DNA of 64,000 bases from Isurus oxyrinchus. Lineage: Eukaryota. The stretch spans positions 1,674,001 to 1,738,000 of the forward strand of contig JANJGN010000036.1 of the NCBI GenBank assembly GCA_026770705.1, written 5' to 3'. A model generated the notes under the pieces. It was given only the letters and a program-made list of their open reading frames with translations, was not told where the DNA came from and ran no database searches. Both the position numbers and the translations under genes were made by a program. Positions 57,208 through 64,000 of this stretch are shown here, one piece after another; position 1 is the stretch's first letter; each line of letters starts with the position of its first letter.

Positions 57208-60200
57208 ATGAGCTTCCTCGCTGTGTGTGCATTATGCCATCTCTCCCAGGGTGAGATATCTTAGCATGTTCAGATAGAGTTGAGGAGGGAGTGGATACAG
57301 TAAATAAGGAGCAACTGGCGGGAAGGACTAAAATCAGAGGGACACAGTTTGAATAGAATCGGCCAGAAAATCAGAGGAGGAGATGAGAATATTTTTCTTT
57401 AACTAAGCGAGTTGTAGTGATCTGGAAGACTCTGCTTGAAAAGGCGGTGGCAGTAGATTTAGTAGGAACGTTCACATGGAGATTTGAACAAATACTTGAA
57501 AAGGAAACATTTGCAGGAATATGGGGGAAGGAGCGGGCGGGTAAGTGGGGCCTAAGTGGATCGATCTCTCAAAGTGCCAATGGCATCCACCAGCATTGTG
57601 CGGTTCAAGAAGTTGAAATTCAGTTATCAAGTTCTACGTACAAATAGAAAGAATATCGTCAACAACGTGGAATTTGTGCATCCGTCAGGATCAATGGATG
57701 GTATTAATTCGAAATGTAACCACTCCTGGGATAAAAGGTGTGAGTTGGCTCCATTGACATTATTAGCGATTGAGCAGAGACCAGAGTTTCAAGTACATTG
57801 TTAGAGTGAGTTATAATCTCTTGAACAAAATAAAGCGCCCAAAACAGGCGGGGATAAACGGGAAACGAAGGGTGCTTGAGAAATATTAAAAGTTGGAAAA
57901 TTCAGAGTTGAAGCACCTCTTTTAATGTATTAACTTCACACCGTTCCCAAGTGTGGACCCCAGTGATTAAACCAGATTTCCTGCCGAATGAACTTCTGCT
58001 GGGCCCTTGGAAAGACAGGGATAAAAATGCGCAAAGAATCCATAGCATGCGATTTTTCGATATGGGCTATTATTAAAAATTCTTTGTGCCTCCTCTCTTT
58101 CGAGGTGTATTCGCCGGAGGCCGGTCTCAGTAGAGAGGATGTGCGGGTGCGGGGTGATGGGCTGCACCATAACCTGAGGTAACTCTTGTTTATTTCTCTC
58201 TCGCTCAATTATTGTGTCTCAGCCTGCTTTGCCCAGTCTCCGCCGGTTCAAACATTCCCTGCGGGGAGTCGCGATAAACTGAGCTGCCACACGGAGAAAC
58301 CAGGAGTTGGCTACGTCTTCTGGCACAGACAGTCGGATCGAAACGACATGAAGTTGGTTTATAAAGCGCACAAGCACCTTCCAGCTGTGGGGAGTGTTTC
58401 CAGCGAGATTTCTGATAAAGAGAGTTATTATTCACTGCTCGTTGAGGATACCCGGAGAAATGATTCTGGAATGTTTTACTGTGCCATCCGCAATTACACA
58501 AACATGGCTCTAACTTTCGCAAATGGCTCCCAGTTAGTGACAAAAGGTAAATTTAATCATTGTTCCATTGAATTGGGCACTTCTACGGCAAAGTCTCAAG
58601 TTTCAGCTGTTAATGGGGTTTCTGTTCCAAATCCCAACTTTAGAGGGCTCGCCCGCCATATTCCTCCTCACCGCGCTGGAGCATGTGATCCATTCGATGA
58701 AAAGGGTCCCGCTGTTGTGTTTGATGAGAGGCTCGTCCCCCGATTCCTTTCCCATCCGCTGGAATGTTTCCGGGAGGGTTACCGAGGGACAGACCGATTC
58801 CGGGACAATTGAGATGGACGGGACAAACACCATGAGGAGTTACCCCAGCCTCTCGGAAAAAACTTGGAGCAGCGGCCCTCTCTGTACTTGCGCCGTTCAA
58901 ATCAACTCCAGTGAAAATCTTCTCAGTGCACGTGTCTTATCTCACACAGGTATCTATTAACAGTGACCGTTTAACTATCTATTTAATGCTGATGGCAGGC
59001 TTTGCAATTTTGAAAATTAGAATTGTCTTCCTTTTCGTCTGTGTCCATGTATCATCATTCTATCCTTGAACTATCACAGGTCTCTCAATCTTTCAGACTT
59101 TAGCTTTCTGAAATTTTAACTCCATCTGTTCTCTCTACCCCAGAGAGTTATGGATGTTCAGTCACTAAGATAGATTTTTGTACACTAAGGAAACAAGTGT
59201 TGCAGATAGCGCGGGAACGTCAAGTTGTTGTGCAAGATTAGCCATAGCCTTATTGAGTGGAGCATCAGCTTTGAGGGACCGAATGGTCTTCTGTTCCGAT
59301 TTCTTGTGTTGTTTCTGTCTAGGCGTATTGACCTGGTTGCCTGCTGCTTGATGATTTATCAATGTGTAAAATTGAAAGGTGCGATTACATTCCCAGTGTA
59401 CCATTTTGTCTCACCATGCTGTGTACAGTTATCCATTCATCTCTCTATCTACTGAATATTCACAATATTTCAGTCTGTTTCAGTTAAAAAGTGAGGTATA
59501 AGACATTTTCTGTATCTGTCTGTTTATCTGTTCATCCTTCTATCTATTTCTCTCTCTCTCTCTCTCTTTCTCTCAATCAATCATTCTATTTCTGTGCTAG
59601 TGCAGTAAAATATATCTGGCCCCTCTGCCTGTCTGTTTGTCTGTCTGACTCTGTCTTCCCCCCTCTCTCTACTGACCTCCTCTCGCTCTCCAACTGCATC
59701 TCTCTGTCTCAATCTTTCCTCGTCGTTCACCCTGTTTGTGTGCCGTTTTCTGTCTGTCTCGTTCTGTGCCCTAATAATTTATGTATTGTGTCCTCTATTT
59801 ACCTATCTTACTCCCCCTCTGAATACCTCGAATAACTCTACCGCACTGAAATGATGCGGCAACAGGAATCAATGTCCATTTATCTCTCTATTTATATCAC
59901 TCACGCTCTCTCCACACCTCTCTTCCATTATTTCTCTCTGCTTCTTCTTGCCGCTATCTCTTGCCTCATCTCTGCCTGTCTCTAATTCTCTTGCTCTATT
60001 TCTATCCTTTTCAATAAACAGTTCTGTTTACGCTGTCAGTTCTATCTATCTATCTATCAATCAATCTATCTATCTATCCATCTATCAACCTATCCATTTA
60101 TCCATCTATCTCTCTGTCTCTCTGTCTGTCTATTTTTCTATCTTCAACTGTCTGTACTCCAACTCCCTCTATTTCTCCGATTTGTACGGTGTTCCATAAG

Positions 60201-61577
60201 TCCTCTTCTCTCTGTCTCTTTCTCTCTGTATCTGTCTCTATCTCCCTTTCATTCTATATGTCTCTATCTAACGATTTATTTCTGTACTTCTACCCTAGTC
60301 AATCTGTTTTGTATCATATATCTGCTTTCTCGGTCAATCGCTCTCCATCTCTCTCTATCTTATTGTTTATGTCCTGTTTAATCGGTATAAAATCTGTGTT
60401 CTCTTGCTGTCTATCTCTGTCTCTCTCTCTCTCTCTTCATTTCTCCCCTCTATTTCTATCTCTTTCTATTCCTGTCCTGTTTCAATATTGTTCTATGTGA
60501 TCTCTGCTCCATTTCAGGGTGATGAAGTTTGCAAAAAAATCTATTTCCGCTATCGATTGATATCAAACATGTAAATTGACTAAACTTATCTTGTTTAATT
60601 AATTCCACAAACTTCTTTAAATGGGAGTTTCATCTATTTTTTTGCAGATTCTACGTTTTCCGCGGGTGTGTCGGCGGCGGCGATTTTCCTTCTGGGAGTG
60701 ATCCCTCTGGCCGGGAGAAGGAGCTGCAGGAACTGGCAGACAGGTAGCGACTGTTGAGAGACGCTCTAGTTCCGCGGCGCTCTCAGTCCATGCATTTATC
60801 AATTGATTATGACACTTTCAGCCGTTTCTTTGTGAAATGTAGCCATTTATAATCTGTTGAAATTTTACTTTCTAACCGGAAACATGAGCAATGATGAGGA
60901 ACTGACAGATTCCAGAAAACAAAGAGAGAACAAAGAGGTAACTGAATGGAATTGTTGCTGCCACTACGCGTGGATGCTTTTCACCTACTTTTAATTTAAG
61001 TTTTAAATTTCATAGCTATAGTTATATGAGCCTGGACAGCTTTGCCAAGTGAGCACCACAGGGTGGCAGAAACAAGGCTTCAACCCCTCGAGTGCAGAAG
61101 ATTCAGAGGTGATGTTACTGAGGATTTTAAGATCGTTAATGGATCCGATGGGGTCAATGGAGATAAACTATTTCCCCCTGGTGAGGTTGGGAATCTAGAA
61201 CAAGGGGCAGAGCGCTGTAATTAGAGCAGCGCTTTCAGGGATGATATCAGGAAGCAATTCGTCACACAAAAGCCAGTGTAAATCTGGAACTCCCTCTCCT
61301 CAAAAGCTGTTGAGCATGCGGGAACAATTGGAAACGTCAAAACTGAGATTGACAGATATTTGTCGTGTAAGGGGATTAGAGATTATAGAACCGAGTTGGG
61401 TGGATGGAAGTTATGATACAGATCCGCCATGATCTAATTGAATAGACTGAATGGGCTCAATGACTTCTTCCAAACCCTATGATTATGGTGCTGGTTATTT
61501 TAATAGATTCTGTTTTCACTTTTTCGCCACAGACACTTTATGACCGATTGGCCTTTAAAGAGGATGCCACACTTTGA
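57208..61577 (+). CDS. Gene B3: VJ-C1-TM receptor, open frames but two altered acceptors (functional variant or young pseudogene); exons 57208-57250, 58223-58546, 58644-58949, 60648-60743, (60879-60937), 61533-61577
   Basis: MSFLAVCALCHLSQ; V KLSC..FWHRQ..DSGMFYCAIRNYTNMALTFANGSQLVTK; C1 VPLLCLM..IRW..DGTNTMRS..TW..LCTCAV; TM FSAGVSAAAIFLLGVIPLAG; tail TLYDRLAFKEDATL*. Ancestral V acceptor CAG>CAA; cytoplasmic exon acceptor AG>CG. Confidence 0.75.
59500..60490. repeat. About 1 kb pyrimidine-rich (TC/TCTA) low-complexity tract in a B3 intron
   Basis: Direct sequence. Confidence 0.9.
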
Positions 61578-63382
61578 TTGTAACGAAAGAGGGGGACTGC
61601 TCACGGTCTGCTTCCCGAAGACAACGTGCTTTAGAAAGCTTCCTCTAATCACAGGAAAGTCTGAAATTCCAATCCGCACAAATTCACGCCCATTCTCTGT
61701 GCAATTTTGTGATTTTGCCCAAAGCGCAGACTGATTTTTCTCTTAATGCTAGCTGTTCGAACGATCAAATATCGAATTGCAGCTTCTCCTGGTATCTGTG
61801 ATCTGGCATTAGCGCATTTATTCGAATTCTGCATTATTATACAATATGTGAGGGAGACATTACTCAATTAGATTTTACAATGTATCTGTGCTCGAGTTAT
61901 CTAGATATCAAAACAGAATTGAAAACCAATGACTGCTCTGTCAAACGATTTTCTTTTCCATTCAGGCCAGATGTGCTCAGGTCCCTCTGAGATCAAGATT
62001 CCAACACATTTATAGAACGAATGTAAACAGGATAGAGTTAGGGTTAAGGACGGAAGGGTACTGGATCGAGATTTAGGCTGCATTGATATGGAAGCTGCAG
62101 TGTTAATGGACCTCAAGCCTTCATTGGTTGTGTTCTGGGAGGGAACAGTGTTACAATTACACTAGAAGGAAGATTATTTACAATTCATCCACCCTCTTAA
62201 TACTACAGTTGAGTGGATTTTACCGGCTAAATTCTCTGGTTCGAAGACACTTAAAGCACATGAAGAGGCATTCTGCCCATCACGCCAGAGCCAGCTCTTT
62301 GAATGTGCAGTTTAGTACCACAACATATCAATCTCATTGTCCTAAGAATTAGACTTCTTGTAGCACACTGCCCATTAAATGTTAGTATCGGTCCTGCACA
62401 TCTCATCGGATGTGACTGAAAGCGCCTTGTTGGCCATGTTAATAATTGACAAACGTGAACACAATTCGCTCCTCAGATTAGAATATCAGTTAAAAGAGTG
62501 AGTGAATTTGAGTTGATGTTTCATTGAGATGATGTAATCTATTTCCATGTTATCTTTAATTTTATCAATATTAAACGGCTATCCTGTAATCCCTTGGTGT
62601 GCAGATTGCCTGATATTTTTGTTAGTGATTCAACTCTGATCTGCAGAACGTCTTAAGATCCCCGTTTGTAACGATTTGCAACATTCCAAAATTAATACTG
62701 GCTTATTCTGCTGCAAAGTCTCTTTCTGCGCAGATATCTGGGAGTTTTTCGAGACACTTGTGACAAAATGCACACGGAAAAGCAAACCACAGTTCCTCCG
62801 TCTGGAAAGGCTGTGTCATCTTCAACGACAGCGACTACTTCTTAAGAGAAAATAAACTCAGGGCATTCTCAACCGTCACCCTATTGCCCTTATGCAGAGG
62901 ACCAGCCTTATTGCTGATCACTCTGTGCGTCATCGACCCCCAGGCATTCGTCAAGTTAATATAATGATACATTAATCCTGCAGGCACACTGGAGCCATTC
63001 AGTCCCTCTGTTTGTATCTGGCATTCGATATGATCATGGCTGATGTTAGGAAATTGAGATAGTTTAAGTAAATTATATGTATATTTAGGTTTAGGTTTAA
63101 GGTGCATCTGTAAGTTTATATTATGCTTTTTCTATTTGCCGATTAAAATATGAAACCTGGCATCTAGTTTCATTTTTGAGTGGAGGGAGCATGCTTAAAG
63201 CTGTTTATACACTTGCATTACTATAGGGTTTTATGACCCTTGAAGAGAAGGTAAAGCAAACACAAGAATGGAAACGAAAACGGTGCTATTCCACTGCAAT
63301 AGGGATCGAAGGAAGGCGGCTCTCGCACCCATAAACAAATGGACAGATGAATACACACACACATGCACACAGACACAAACAG

Positions 63383-63430
<48 letters not shown>

Positions 63431-64000
63431 CAACCTTTTTTGTTCACCTGAAAGCAGCTGCAAGAGAGAAGCTAGATATCAGAGGGACAGTTAGCAAGCC
63501 CATGCAAAATTTTGAAGCCAAGACTCCAGATAAGGAGACTACTGGGAAAAGGGACGGCAGAAAGCAGATTTTCAAAAGAGCGGAAACTTGCTAAGGCCAA
63601 GGTGTAAGAAAGAAATGGCAGAAAGTCCCAAGAAGAAGTTCTTGTCAAATGAAAGACAGGAAACTGAAAGAGGACCTGCTACTTGAAGTTAAGAGTGAGG
63701 AGCTAAGGAAGGCTTCAAGCTTAAAGGCAAAAATATCAGTGAGCAGATTAATGCGAGATAAGCTTATGAGGAACCGGAAATTCCAATGAGACAGCTGAGA
63801 TGTGTAACTCTTTACTGTGGACATGTGAATCAGTGGCACACTGGTGACGACTGAGTCAGTGAAAGAGAGTGCATGAATGGAATCTTGAGAATACATGGTG
63901 ACCCTGGGGAGAGAAACTTTTTAAGGAAACTCGAAACACTGGAGATGGCCCTTTGCAGAAGATGTCTGGGAGACAGCATCGGTTTGGATGAAGGCTGCAA

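Noticed and set aside
1-64000. CRISPR arrays, rRNA/tRNA genes, prokaryotic operons
   Set aside because: Vertebrate intron-rich DNA; tRNA-like boxes occur only as SINE heads; no regular repeat-spacer arrays

Overview
Eukaryotic genomic DNA, almost certainly a cartilaginous fish (shark): intron/exon structure, CR1 LINE and SINE fragments, microsatellites, one 159-N gap. The window is an immune locus. At the left end (minus strand) is a decayed immunoglobulin light-chain cluster of the shark type I (NS5/sigma-cart) class: leader, V with a 12-bp-spacer RSS, and J with a degenerate 23-type RSS; C would lie off-window. About 10 kb away begins a cluster of NON-rearranging antigen-receptor-like genes with the layout leader / germline-fused VJ / C1 / TM / two cytoplasmic exons, in two subfamilies. 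Type A (A1 apparently intact, 11961-15857 +; A2 pseudogene, 50772-54724 -) has an Arg in the TM and a silenced tyrosine-motif exon. Type B (B1 intact, 19218-24260 +; B2 pseudogene, 30745-35193 -; B3 with splice-site lesions, 57208-61577 +; an orphan tail at 45699) ends in a (T/S)LYxxL ITIM/ITSM-like exon; the TM is uncharged in B1 and B3. A2 and B3 are head-to-head. Further relics (a third TM/ITIM-tail type, decayed C1-like and I-set-like exons), inversions and segmental duplications show birth-and-death evolution. The closest known class is the VJ-C1/PRARP-like non-rearranging receptor family; orthology cannot be established without a search. Exon models were read by eye from splice sites, phase and paralogue comparison; repeat boundaries are approximate.
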